Assembly (NCBI RefSeq): GCF_963921235.1
Contig: NC_086097.1
Location: forward strand, 239,198,001 to 239,262,000
Direction of reading: 5' to 3'
DNA: 64,000 bases
DNA from: Mobula hypostoma
Lineage: Eukaryota
Each line of letters opens with the position of its first letter. Position 1 is the first letter of the stretch. Under the pieces are notes generated by a model. That model ran no database searches, was not told the origin of the DNA, and saw nothing but the letters and a program-made list of their open reading frames with translations. Positions 37,154-49,190 of the stretch are shown here, one piece after another. A program made the position numbers and the translations under genes.

Positions 37154-38355
37154 AAACTTCCCAATTTGAGCTGTGAGGAAGTGAGAGATAACTCACTTCA
37201 CGTTTTCTGAAAATGATCTCAATCATCCATTCCTAGATTAGCAAAATGTGGATAATTGGCAAAAAAGATTTTGTCTTTATCCTCAGGACGTAAGTAATAT
37301 TTAACTATACCCTCACAGAGTACAGACACAGAAGTTTAAAGTCACTCATTGCCAAGTGATTATTTGGAATTATATAGATTTTTTGCGTTTCCTCTCATTA
37401 ATCTTTATAAGTCCCTGCAGCATCTTTGAATGATTTTGTGAATATCTGAAAGGGGAAAATTGAGACATTTAGCACAATATAAAAGGTTATGCAAAAACCA
37501 AAGAGATGTTCAGTTGATGTCTAAAAATGTCTAAATGTACTGAAATGCCAGCTACAAAAGCGATAAAATTAGAATTTATTTCAATGTCCGAAAATGTTGC
37601 TCTCTTGTCTCTTTTATCAGTCTCAACGACAGTAAATTTCTGGGAATCTTTACTTTTGGAACAATTAAACTGGGAGTTGTTATCCTGCAGGTTAGTTGTA
37701 GGCCAGTGTTCTTCAATAGGATCATTACTGACCTATGTCTTCAATAAAGTGTAATATTACTGGAAGCATTCAAGATATTTACAGGAAGTATGGTTTCTTT
37801 CCTTTCTAATATTAAACAGGTAATTATACTTTGAGTCAATTGACAATCGAGAAAAATTGTAAAGAAAATGTTGAGATTTATCTTTTATCGTTCTTGTAAT
37901 TCTCAAGTATCTGATATATTTCAATGACTGAAACAATTGATTTGCCATATACAATAAATAATTACAAAACCATTAAAGATCAAGATCAGCACTTAAGAAT
38001 CAAATTTATTTGTCACGTGAAGGCTGGAGGCTTAAGATGACCTATCCTTGGGTTGACATACTTTTTCAACTTGGAATTCAGTTAGTTGGAAGCGTGGTAC
38101 TCTCTCACTTAGCCTCCCAGCAACTTTTAGTTTGTTTTCAAGTAGTCGCTACACTCTATGATAAGCTGGTTTGCTGAAAGAACGTCTTGTACAGAAAATG
38201 GCGGGAACCTTCTGAAGCATTACAGCCAACACAGAGTACCCTGGTCTATAGAACCAACAGAAAACCACCGTCTAACAATGTCCAGGGAAGTCAAGAAGGA
38301 CGCCAATGAAACACTGATGAGTTCATGCGACTTCCTCAGCTCATCCACGCTAAGC

Positions 38356-38356
<1 letters not shown>

Positions 38357-38396
<40 letters not shown>
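38357..38396. repeat. (TATC)10 microsatellite with degenerate extension
   Basis: Ten perfect TATC units followed by TGTC variants. Confidence 0.95.
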
Positions 38397-38397
<1 letters not shown>

Positions 38398-39214
38398 GTC
38401 TATCTGTCTTCTGTCTACTTATTTAGTATCTGTCTCTTTATTGATCTGTCTGTCTACTTATCGACAAGTCGAAGTATGTTTAATCCTTTATTACAAACCA
38501 CCAATAACATCATTTGATCCTTCCATGATTTATGCAAAACAAAGATGAGTGCAATGAGTGTAATTGGAACGAATTCAAACAAAAGTGAGCTGTCAACAAA
38601 AAGTATGCACTCCCTAATCACCCCCTCTCTATGCTGCCATGCAAATGAACAGGTGATTACATTCATTAATTTTACTGCCACCCAAACTCACGTGACAAAT
38701 TATCTTAACCCAATGTGAGGATGCACCACACTGATACAATGCAGACGGGCAATAAATAGATACGTGCCTCCTACATATAGAGTTGTGCCAAGGCGTTGGA
38801 CTATGAAGAAGTGACCAGCTACAGAATTGGGACTGAAGTTCCTCCCTGGCTATTAGGTTGAAAGGAAATGAATTAGCAGGCTTGGCAGTGTTTGGCCATT
38901 TTCTGAAATATGCTTACAGAGAATGAGGATCTGTGGATACTTTTGAATATCCTGCATTTCTTCAGATTGTCATACAGAGCCACACCATTAGTCTGTGGCA
39001 GACTGCTGTGACTTCATGGGAAGGTCACTGGTGCACACCCTGAAGGAGGGCAGTGATGGGACTGAGTCTTTTGGGTGCTCGTTATTGATTGGGTGTGGTG
39101 ACTGACATTCTCTCTATGATACATAAGAGAGATGTTTGATGACTTTGAACCTGCACTTGCTGGAATTTGGAAAGGTGGCGGGGGCATGCGGTATATCAAA
39201 GAAATCAACTGAAT

Positions 39215-40252
39215 ATTGTATGATTCCAGTAGTGGGAGAATCCAGGACCAGAGCACACAGTTTCAGAATAAAAACAAATTCCTTTAGAACAGAGATGAGG
39301 AGGAATTTCTTAAGCAGAGATTAGGGAATCTGGGGAATTCATCGCTGCAGAACACTATGGAGGTCAGATCGCTGAGTGTATTTAAAGCAGAGGTTAGTAG
39401 GCTTTTGATTAGTAAGCTTGCATCCCAGGTTCAACTGGACTTGGGAGTCATCATGCAGGATACCCTAAAGGTTAATTTCCAGGCTGAGTTGGTGATGAGG
39501 AAGGCAAATGCAATGTTAGCATTCATTTTGAGCTGTCTCAAATATAAAAGTAAGGAAGTAATGTTGAGGCTTTATAGGGCACAGGCAGGGCCTCACTTGG
39601 AGTATTGTGAGCAGTTTTGAGCCTCTTATCTAACATTAGAGAGGGTTCAAAGGAGGTTCATCAAAACGGTTCTGGGATTGAAAGACTTATCATATGAGGA
39701 GCATTTGATGGCTCTGTGCCTGTACTCACTGGAACTCAGAAGAATAATGAGAGGGTGGGGAAGAGGTGGATCTCGTTGAAGCTTTTCAAATGTTGAAAGC
39801 CCTCGGTAGAGTGGATGTGTAGAGGACGCTTCCTACGCTTGTGGAGTCTAGGACCAGAGAGCACAGTCTCAGCACAGAGAGATGTCCATTTAGAATGAAA
39901 ATGAGAAGGAATTTCTTCAACTAGAGAGCGGAATTTGTATCCACAGGTGGCTGTGGGGGCCAAGCTATTGAGGGGTGTATTTAAGGCAGAGTGTTGTAGA
40001 TTCTTGATTGGTCAGGGAATGAAGAATTATAGGAAAAATGAAGGAGATTGGGGTTGAGAGGGAAAATAGATCAGCCATGATGAAATGACAGAGCAGACTT
40101 GATGGGCTAAATGGCCTAATTCCACTTCTATATCTTATGGTCTTACAGGGAGAAGTTACAGGAATGGGATTGAGAGTGGAAATGGTAGAATGGCAGAGCA
40201 GAGTCAATGGTCCAAATGGCCTAATCCTACTCCTGTGTCTTGTGGTCATATG
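39215..40252 (+). mobile_element. Two nested same-strand CR1 3' fragments
   Basis: Outer fragment (~39215-39416 plus ~40146-40252) is interrupted by an inner one (~39420-40145) ending in TCTTATGGTCTTA. Confidence 0.75.
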
Positions 40253-42069
40253 ATGCACAAGGAACCATCAGTTTCCAATTATGGAATTAATTAACTCTAA
40301 GGTTTATATTCAATAATGGATTTTGAGGAGGTTCAGCCAGAACATCAAATATATCAAAGGTACAGGGCAGTCAGCAAGCACGACTTTTGTCTTCGGTCCA
40401 ATTTGTGAGCCGGCCTCAGATTGCAAGAGGTCAGTGACAGGACCTGCTTGAAGCCATTTATTCATAAGTGAGAACATGCCCATTGAGCTGACTTCATTTT
40501 TTCCAGTTTATGACACACAATCTGTTCAGCAAGTATCCGGGATCTAATTTGTAATTGAGAGCAGGCTGAAAGGCAGTAGCCATTTGAATTGTTAATGGTT
40601 TGCCTGGCCTGATGATGGCCCCCTACATTGGAATGATGCCAGAGGTTTACAAGGCTGCCTGTAGGTAAACATCAATTCTGGATGAATTACTTCAGTTCCT
40701 GCTGCTTTCCCTGACTTCCTCACTGACACGTGGGTGGAAGAGACGACCAGAGCTTGTTTCACTAAATTTGTTTAGTTGGCTGTTGTGTTTGGTGTTGTTC
40801 TGCCGAGCGTTGTGGTCATGCTATGTTGGCACCGGATATATATGACGACACTTGTGGGCTGCCCCCAGCACACCTTTGGATGTGTTTGTTAACATAAACA
40901 ATGCATTTAACTGCATGTTTCAACGTATACCTAAAAAAACTAAACTTGAATCTTGAGTCTTGACCAGGATGCTGCTGAATCCTTTTGTGTGTAAGGGCTT
41001 GAAAAGATGATGTGCTCTGCAACTTTCTTGAGAAACTGTATCGGGACGGTTTTGTAATTGTCCAGTATATCTGGTGTCACTTGGTGCATTACGAACTGGG
41101 AGGTGACATCACCAGTAACAAGGAAATGGGGATTTCATCTTGTGTAGTCCCATAAAAATCCAGATATTTACCGGGGGGGGGGGGGTGGCAGCAGGAATAA
41201 TGTTGGCCACAGAAGGAGCAAGCACCACAGTAAACGATCTTGTAGTTATCTGAAGGGTACATGCATCCAGAAAGAAGATATTTTGTTCCAGCATTTGTTT
41301 GTGTCATTGAAATGTTCCCACATCTAATGACCTGTCTTTAAGAACTCTTTATCTCACATTCTCATTATTTATTTATACTTGCATTTCCACAGTTTGATGT
41401 CGTTTCTACCCTGGTTGATGTTTCATTGATCCTGTTATAGTTACCATTCTAGAAATTTGCTGGGTATGCCCGCAGGAAAATGAATATCAAAGTTGTATAT
41501 TGTGACGTATATGTACTTTAATAATACATTTACCTTGAACTTTATTAGTGGATGTGGAAAATCCGGTAATTAAAAATAAATCATCAATGGACAGAAAGAT
41601 ATGGCACAATGTGGTATGACAAGATCTTGTTTTATCTTGTCATAAAACAAGATCTGTAGATCCTTTATGCTGAGTGGTCTCCAAATCAGTTTCAGTCAGG
41701 AAGTCGGATCACATCACCTGCAGGAAATACTCAGCGGGTCACTCTGCATCTGTAAGATGAGGAATAGAGGAAGTCTGGGAATCGGGCTGCTTTTCTTGCC
41801 GCATGTGCAGCCTGAGTTACTGAGTATTTCCAACATTTTGTCAGCAGGTCAGGCAGAAAAACAGAGTTAATGTTCCTGATCGGATATCATTCATCAGAAC
41901 GGTGTTATATTGGGATTGGGATAACGATCCATTAAAGTGAAACTACACAGCATTATCAAAACCATATTGCAAAAATATCACTCCAAGAGTCTCAACTAAT
42001 ATATAAGGGCTCTTGGGTTAAAAAAAAAACCTGGTCTTTAAAAATCTGATTTATATTATTTTATTTGGA

Positions 42070-42330
42070 TATACATTGCAGAGAAGGCCCTTCTGAACTT
42101 TAGAGCCCGATCACCCCAGACACCCTCTTTGACTCCGACTTAACCTTAACCTAATCACAGGACTGTTTACAATAAGCAATTAACCTACTGGGTTAATTGG
42201 ACTGTGGAAGGAAACTGCAGGACTTGGAGAAAGCCCATGCGTTCCATAGGGATGATGCACGGAGACTCCTTACAGAGGGCACCAAGATTGAACTCCAAAC
42301 TCTGACACCTCGAACTTTGATAGCATTTCC
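42070..42330 (-). mobile_element. Degenerate V-SINE
   Basis: CTAATCACAGGAC..TTAACCTAC..TGGACTGTGGAAGGAAAC..ACTCCTTACAGA. Confidence 0.65.
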
Positions 42331-42426
42331 CCAAAGTATTTTGAAGCATTTTCAAGACAGTAATAATAATTGATGTGTTTTGTGGTCTTGATTAATGACT
42401 GTGTATTGCATATATTCCATTAGTTA

Positions 42427-43287
42427 ATGACTCTGCCATAGTGGGATGCATCAGCAAGGGAGATGAGGCTGAGTACAGGGCTACGGTAGGAAACTTTGTC
42501 ACATGGTGTGAGCAGAATTATCTGCAGCTTAATGTGAAAAAGACTAAGGAGCTGGTGGTAGACCTGAGGAGAGCTAGGGTACCGGTGACCCCTGTTTCCA
42601 TCCAGGAGGTCAGTGTGGACATGGTGGAGGATTACAAATACCTGGGGATACGAATTGACAATAAACTGGACTGGTCTAAGAACACTGAGGCTGTCTACAA
42701 GAAGGGTCAGAGCCGTCCCTATTTCCTGAGGAGACTGAGGTCCTTTAACATCTGCCAGACGATGCTGAGGATGTTCTACGAGTCTGTGGTGGCCAGTGCG
42801 ATCATCTTTGCTGTTGTCTGCTGGGGCAGCAGGCTGAGGGTAGCAGACACCAGCAGAATCAACAAGATCATTCGTAAGGCCAGTGATGTTGTGGGGATGG
42901 AACTGGACTCTCTGACGGTGGTGTCTGAAAAGAGGATGCTGTCTAAGTTGCATGCCATCTTGGACAATGTCTCCCATCCACTACATAATGTACTGGGTGG
43001 GCACAGGAGTACATTCAGCCACAGACTCATTCCACCGAGATGCAACACAGAGCATCATAGGAAGTCATTCCTGCCTGTGGCCATCAAACTTTACAACTCC
43101 TCCCTTGGAGGGTCAGACACCCTGAGCCAATAGGCTGGTCTTGGACTTATTTCATAATTTACTGGCATAATTTACATATTACTATTTAACTACTTATGGT
43201 TTTATTACCATTTATTATTTATGGTGCAACTGTAACGAAAACCAGTTTCCCCTGGGATCAATAAAGTATGACTATGACTATGACTAT
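42427..43287 (+). mobile_element. Second young Rex1/Babar copy (shorter 5' truncation)
   Basis: Uninterrupted ORF 42441..43133 nearly identical to 36298..37008; (ACTATG)n tail. Confidence 0.93.
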
Positions 43288-45717
43288 TATACGGTAGTGA
43301 AAATGCAGGGTGTTGGGACCAGAGGCGAGGGTCAACGCTGGTTCTGCTCCATAATATTTACTCCACTCTCCTTGGCGTTGAGGCTGTTCTAGTGCGGACA
43401 GTTTCTGTGGACTTCACGGTGATTGGCCCCACTGTGTGATAAACTGAGTCTGAGGCTATGGGCTTGCTCAAGCTGCTCCCTGCCTTGGGTCTATGGATTC
43501 AGTTTGATTCTGAATGCTGTTGCTTGCTTTTATTGTTTGCATGAATTGTTCTTTTTTCTGTCTCTCTCTGCCCATTTGGGTGTTGGTCTTTTTTTAAAAT
43601 TGTGTTCTTTTGGGTTTCTTGTTTTGTGGCTGCCTATAAGCAGGTGAAACTCAAGCTTGTATAATTTACACATACTTTGATAATAAATGTACTTTGAATC
43701 TTTGAACCTTGAACCTTTGTTAGGAGCGAATATTTAAAGAAATGAAAGAACTATAGCAAGTGAAAGTAGAACGATATGTTGTGCATCATTGTTGGAAATG
43801 GTCTTTTCTTACCATAGCAAAATCAGTTTAAAGACTATTCTCAGGAATAGAATCCTTACGTAACCCAAGTATTGTCCATACTTCATTACATCGCCTGATC
43901 GTTGCTACATTATTTTTAGACAATATGGGAAGCAGTTAAATTTTCATAACATGATTTGGAAAGCTGGTCTCTCAACATTGTGCATATTTCAGAATCTCTG
44001 CACACTCTGCAGCTGTACCAGTACCGAAGTTGATTCATGACATCAGAAGGTGAATACAAATACTGACAGACATGAGGGTCTTTTTGAAAGCTGCTCCCAG
44101 CACGCTATTCCAGAAAATGTTGTTTTTTGGCTGTTCTAAAGCATCCATTTGGATTAGAAATCCTGACCATAGAACAGTACTTCATAGTAAAGGTCCTTTA
44201 GCCCCACAATGTTATTCCTAACTTTTAACCTACTCTGAGATCAATCTAACCTTTCCCTCCTACATAGCTGTTCATTTTTCTATCATTCATATTCCTAGAG
44301 TTTCTTAAATGCCCTGATATTTCTGTCCCTGGCAGGGCCTTCTGCATACCCATGCCTCTCTGTGTAAAGAGATACAAGAGAACATATTTCAAACCTTAAG
44401 TATCTTTAATATACTTATATAGTCATGATATATTTAGTGATATGTATAGGAATTGTAAATGTAGTAAGAGTAAAATCTTCACTTTACTTATAGTAAATAG
44501 TATTTTACTATGCTTACATTACTCCAATATTTACGATATTTTATTTTGCATTATAACAATCAGCACTTCATCCATAACATCCATAACCAATTAAAATCTC
44601 CATTAGACAGAATAATGCAATATAGCGCTGTATAAAGCAATGTGATCTGGTTGGTTTAATTCCCATCTTCATAATCGCATTATGACTGCAGCTAAAATTA
44701 GGGTTTTTTGCTAATATTTGTCATGTTACAAATGGCCTAATTACGTTTCACTGATTAGCTTCCTCTCCTACCACGAAGAGGCTGCAGACAGTACACCAAA
44801 AGAGTAATTCTTCTCAGAACAAAGCACTAACTCCCTTAGGGTTTGCTCTTAAAGTCATCAAAATCACATTTAGTCATCAAATCAGAATGGCAATGAATGA
44901 ATGGAAATGAAGCAAAATAGGAACAGCAAAATTAAACCTATACTACAATGTTCTGTCATGGATTAAGGGTCAAAATAACTTATTTTACTCTGTGGAATAT
45001 TACAGAGAGGGAACATGTCAGAGGGGTTTTTTTAATATCTAACTTTCCTTAAATAGCAGTCAAGCCAGCAGGTCCTGTGGAGAGGATTTTCGGATACAAC
45101 TCTGTAACCGTTGTGCACAGATCCAAAGTTCTACAGGGTGGTTTACTGAATAGTGTTTACATTTACACACTTTTACCATGCATCAGGAAATTCACCAGCA
45201 GAAAATTATATTCAAGCTGTAGTTTCCACACTTGAGAATCTGTTTTAATATATTTTCCCTTCTGGCATGGAGTGACAGCCCACCAAAAAGCTGTTCTGTG
45301 CATTCAGGATGATCGCCTTTCCCCTCACCAGGAGTGGTTGTCTAATTTAGTGGGCAGAATATGAAAGGTTGGAAAGAATGATGCTTTTCTGAGATATGCT
45401 GGGCTCCCATGCTAGAAACAGAATCTTGTTAAGTGATTTCATTGGAATTTAGTTGAAGGGTCTTGGACAGCAGCCAGTTATGAAAAGAGGCTAAGAATTC
45501 TCATTAAAGAAGTGACCAAGGAATTGGGTCCCGCTTGCCAATATGGTGAGACAAATGGTGAGATGTAGAGAAACAAACCAGATCTGTCCATTTCCAGGGT
45601 TGCAGCATTAAACTTACTTCAATAGGCAAACAGACCACTGATATCACGTATTACTAAATGGAGAATGCAGTGAACATAGCTGCTTAACTTAAAGGGAAAC
45701 ACTTAACTCCATATAAA

Positions 45718-45950
45718 GCGAGTAGAACTCATGCCAAACAGGTCAAAGGGTAGAGGCCAAACTAAGAGTGGTCCACTGGTCTGCCAGGTTCAGGGGTTCA
45801 GCTCAGGGCTAACAAACATGACTAGTTAAAAAACATTGGATAGAGCAATGAAAAAGAACCCTTCTACATCTGAGTGTGATGGTAGGGGCAGACAAAGATG
45901 GAGGACCTTCATTGCTGCTCTAAATGTCAGTGGAGTAACGGGCAATAAGT
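45718..45950 (+). mobile_element. Bipartite RTE-like non-autonomous element, partial copy
   Basis: Homologous to the reverse complement of 23320-23640 (AAACAGGTCAAAGGGTA..ACTAAGAGT; GATGGAGGACCTTCATTGCTGCTCTAAA). Confidence 0.6.
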
Positions 45951-46469
45951 AAAGCAAGTAGCAATATTTCATAACAATTTTTTTGATCTTTGTGATGATA
46001 GCTGTGTAAAATATTTACTCTTAGATATGAACATAAAGTGATACAGCGCAGATCATGATATGTGTATAACTGAATTTATAATACTGTATGTCATGAATTG
46101 GTAGCTTCCTTTCACTCTCCATTTTTAACAGTGAAAAAAAGAAACACCAAGCTTAGGACTGACAATTTAGTGAAAAGTCTGCCACCTCCAGACATCTCTA
46201 CAATAGTTATTAATGGTGTCATCTATTCCAAAGGGATTTTGCTCAGAAACGAATAGAAAAATGTCGGCTTATGATACTTTAGAAGACTTGCAACTCGTGG
46301 GCTAAGCTCAGGTTTCACTAAAGGAAGCCTGGGAAACAGTCTATATTTACTGGCCAGAATGAACTTCCAATATCACTATTCTATACTTTAACACAGATAT
46401 CTTAGGAGAAGAAATGGATATCCATCCATTTGCAGTGAGAATCCTCCGATGATTTTTTTTTAAATTTAG

Positions 46470-46735
46470 TGATACAAAGTGGAACAAGCTTCTTGGCCCA
46501 CGGGTCACGCCGTCCAGCAACCCAACTATTAATGCCAGCCTAATCACAGGACAACTTACAATGAACAATTATCCTGCTAACCAATACATCTTTGAAATGT
46601 GGAAGGAAACTGTAGCCCCTGGAGGAAACCCACGTGGTTACAGGGAGAACATACAAACTCATTACAGACAGCGACGGAATTTAACTCCAAACTCCGATGC
46701 CCCAGCTGTTTCGCGTCACGCTAACAACTATGCTA
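46470..46735 (-). mobile_element. V-SINE (HE1-like)
   Basis: CTAATCACAGGACAACTTACAATG..TGTGGAAGGAAAC..GGAGGAAACCCACGTGGTTACAGGGAGAACATACAAACTC. Confidence 0.75.
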
Positions 46736-47271
46736 GAGGATGGGATTATTGATGGAAAAATAAACCTTGTAGATGCTGGAAATCCAAAATAAAACCCAAA
46801 TTGGTGGAAGCTGTCAGCATGCCGGGCAGAATCTATGGAATCAAATTTTCAGGTCATTGACCTACCATCAGAAAACCAAACATTATTTCTCTCTCTACAG
46901 GAATTGCCTGACCTGGTGAGACTTTCTCATGTTTTCTCTTTATATTTGAAACTTCATGGTGCTCATGCATTCTAAATGTAAGTAAGTTAGACACTTAACT
47001 CTTTGATATTTTATTCTGAGCCAATTTTCAAAGAGAAAATTCCAATTTGGCAGTGAATTGCAATAAAATACTAATGATCTAATTTCATTTTAAAGATTCA
47101 CTAAACCAATACAGAATTAAGTATACATTCATAGAACAGAATTGGATAAACACTAAACCAATGTATGATGACTCACACCCATTCAATCAGTGACAAAGGC
47201 ATGATTTCACAATTTCATTTTCCAGTAACTGATCCAGAATCTGACACCTCCCTTACGGTTCAAAGATAAAA

Positions 47272-48003
47272 GTTCAAGTTCAAAGTTCAAAGCAAATTTA
47301 TTATTAAAGAATATATATTGTTTGCCACCATATACAACCCTGAGATTCATTTTCTTGCAGCATACACAGTAAATCCAAGAAACACAATAGAATCAATGAA
47401 AGACCGCACCCAGCAGGCGGGACAAACAATCAATGTGCAAAAGACAATAAATGGGCAAATACAAAAGAAAAAAAAGAAATAATACTAAATAAATATTCAA
47501 TAAATACCAAGGAACTGAGATGAAGAGTCCTTGAAAGTGAGTTCATAGGTTACGGGAGCAGTTCAGTGATGGCATGATTAAAGTTGAGGGAAGTTATCCA
47601 CACTGGTTCAAAAGCCTGATAGTTGAAAGGTAGTAACTGTCCCTGAACCTGGTAGTGTGGCTCCTGTACCTATTTCCAGATGGTATCAGTGAGAAGAGAG
47701 CATGGCCTGGGTAATAGAGGTCCCTGATGATGGATGCTACTTTTCTGAGACAGTGCTCAGTGTACATGTGGTCAATGTGTGTGTACAGACTTCACCTGTA
47801 TGGTCTAAGCTGTATCCATTACTTTTCGTCAGATTCCATTGAAGGGCATTGGTGTTTCCACACCAGTCTGTGATGCAGCCAGCCCCTATACTCTCCATCA
47901 AATATATAAAAGTCTGTCAAAATTTTAGATAGAACAACTAATCTATGCTAACTTCTAAGGAAGTAGAGGTGCCGCCTGCTTTCCTCGTAATCGTGCTTAC
48001 ATA
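47272..48003 (-). mobile_element. Rex/Babar-like LINE 3' end with (TTTGAAC)n tail
   Basis: GTTCAA(A) repeats at the left end; co-linear with 20078-20722. Confidence 0.72.
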
Positions 48004-48244
48004 CTCCTTGCTGCATTCAGGTACTGTAGTGTGAAAGCCTGTTTTTCTTGTGGGGGTGAGGGGAGGGCAGAAACAATTTACACAAGTGTGCTGCACCCAG
48101 CATCACAGGCAGGATAACAGCAGGGCTCTCATGACAGACTAAACATCAGTTCAGTTCGAGAGGGGTTTTTTTTTTGCTGCAGACTATTGATAAAGGCTGG
48201 AACATTAAGACGATTGTCTAAAGATCAGCTAAAAATGTCAGAGT

Positions 48245-49190
48245 GTCACGCATCACAGAAACTAGCCCTTCGGCCCAACTCCTCCTTACTGACCAAGATG
48301 CCTATTTACTTGAATCTCATTTTTCTGCATTTGGTGGTGTCCCTCTTGCTAGTTTTTTATCCGTACACCAGTCCAGATGTTTTTTTAAATACTGCGATTG
48401 GAGATGCCTCCACTGGAAGCTTGTTCCCTACATCCACCACTCTTCGTGCAAATGATCTGTTTGTCAGACCTCCACTAAATATTTTCCCCTTCACTTTACA
48501 CCTATGCCTTATAGACTTGGACTGCCCGCCTCTATCCTACTCCCGTTCCTAATCTTATAAGCCTCTAAAATGGTCACCGCTCAGTCTCCTGCACTTAAAG
48601 TTCCCAGTCTATCCAATCTCTTGTTGTAATTAAAACCCTCCATTCCAAACAAGATTCTACACTTTTTCTTGTGTTACTATATCCTTTCTGTACTGTGGTG
48701 ACCGATACTGCCCAAGTGTGGCCAGACTAATGTCTTGCTCAGTTACAACATGATTTCCCAACTCTTCAAAGCAGGCAAGCTAAATGCCTTCATCACTACC
48801 CTAACTACCTATGTTACCACTTTCAGCAAGCTATGATCTTGCATCCCTTAAAACCTCTGTATATTGATGCTTCTCAGGCCCTTGTCATTTGCTATATAAG
48901 CTAGCCAGCATTAGACAACCCGAAGTGCATTACCACACACATGTCTGGATTAAATTCTATCTGGCATTGCTTTCAGTGGATCTATGTCCCTCTATATCCC
49001 TAGGCAACCCTCCTAGCTACCTACAACTCCACCAATCTTCACTTATTTGACCACAAATGGATTCCTCGCTAAGTCATTTGTATATATATGACCAAACAAC
49101 ATTGGTCTGAACACGGACTCCTGTGATACTCCAGTGGTTATACATTTCCAGTTAGAAAAGGAACCCTCCACCTCTACTCTCTGCCTCTTC
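48245..49190 (-). mobile_element. Highly degenerate CR1 3' half
   Basis: Scattered similarity to CR1 RT/3' sequence (GCCCTTCGGCCCAAC, CATCCACCACTCTTCGTG, CCCTCCACCTCTACTCTCTGCCTC). Confidence 0.6.

Noticed and set aside
45618..45653. Minus-strand 36-nt exon-like segment with good splice sites
   Set aside because: Stop codons in all three frames; shows that such splice patterns occur by chance here.
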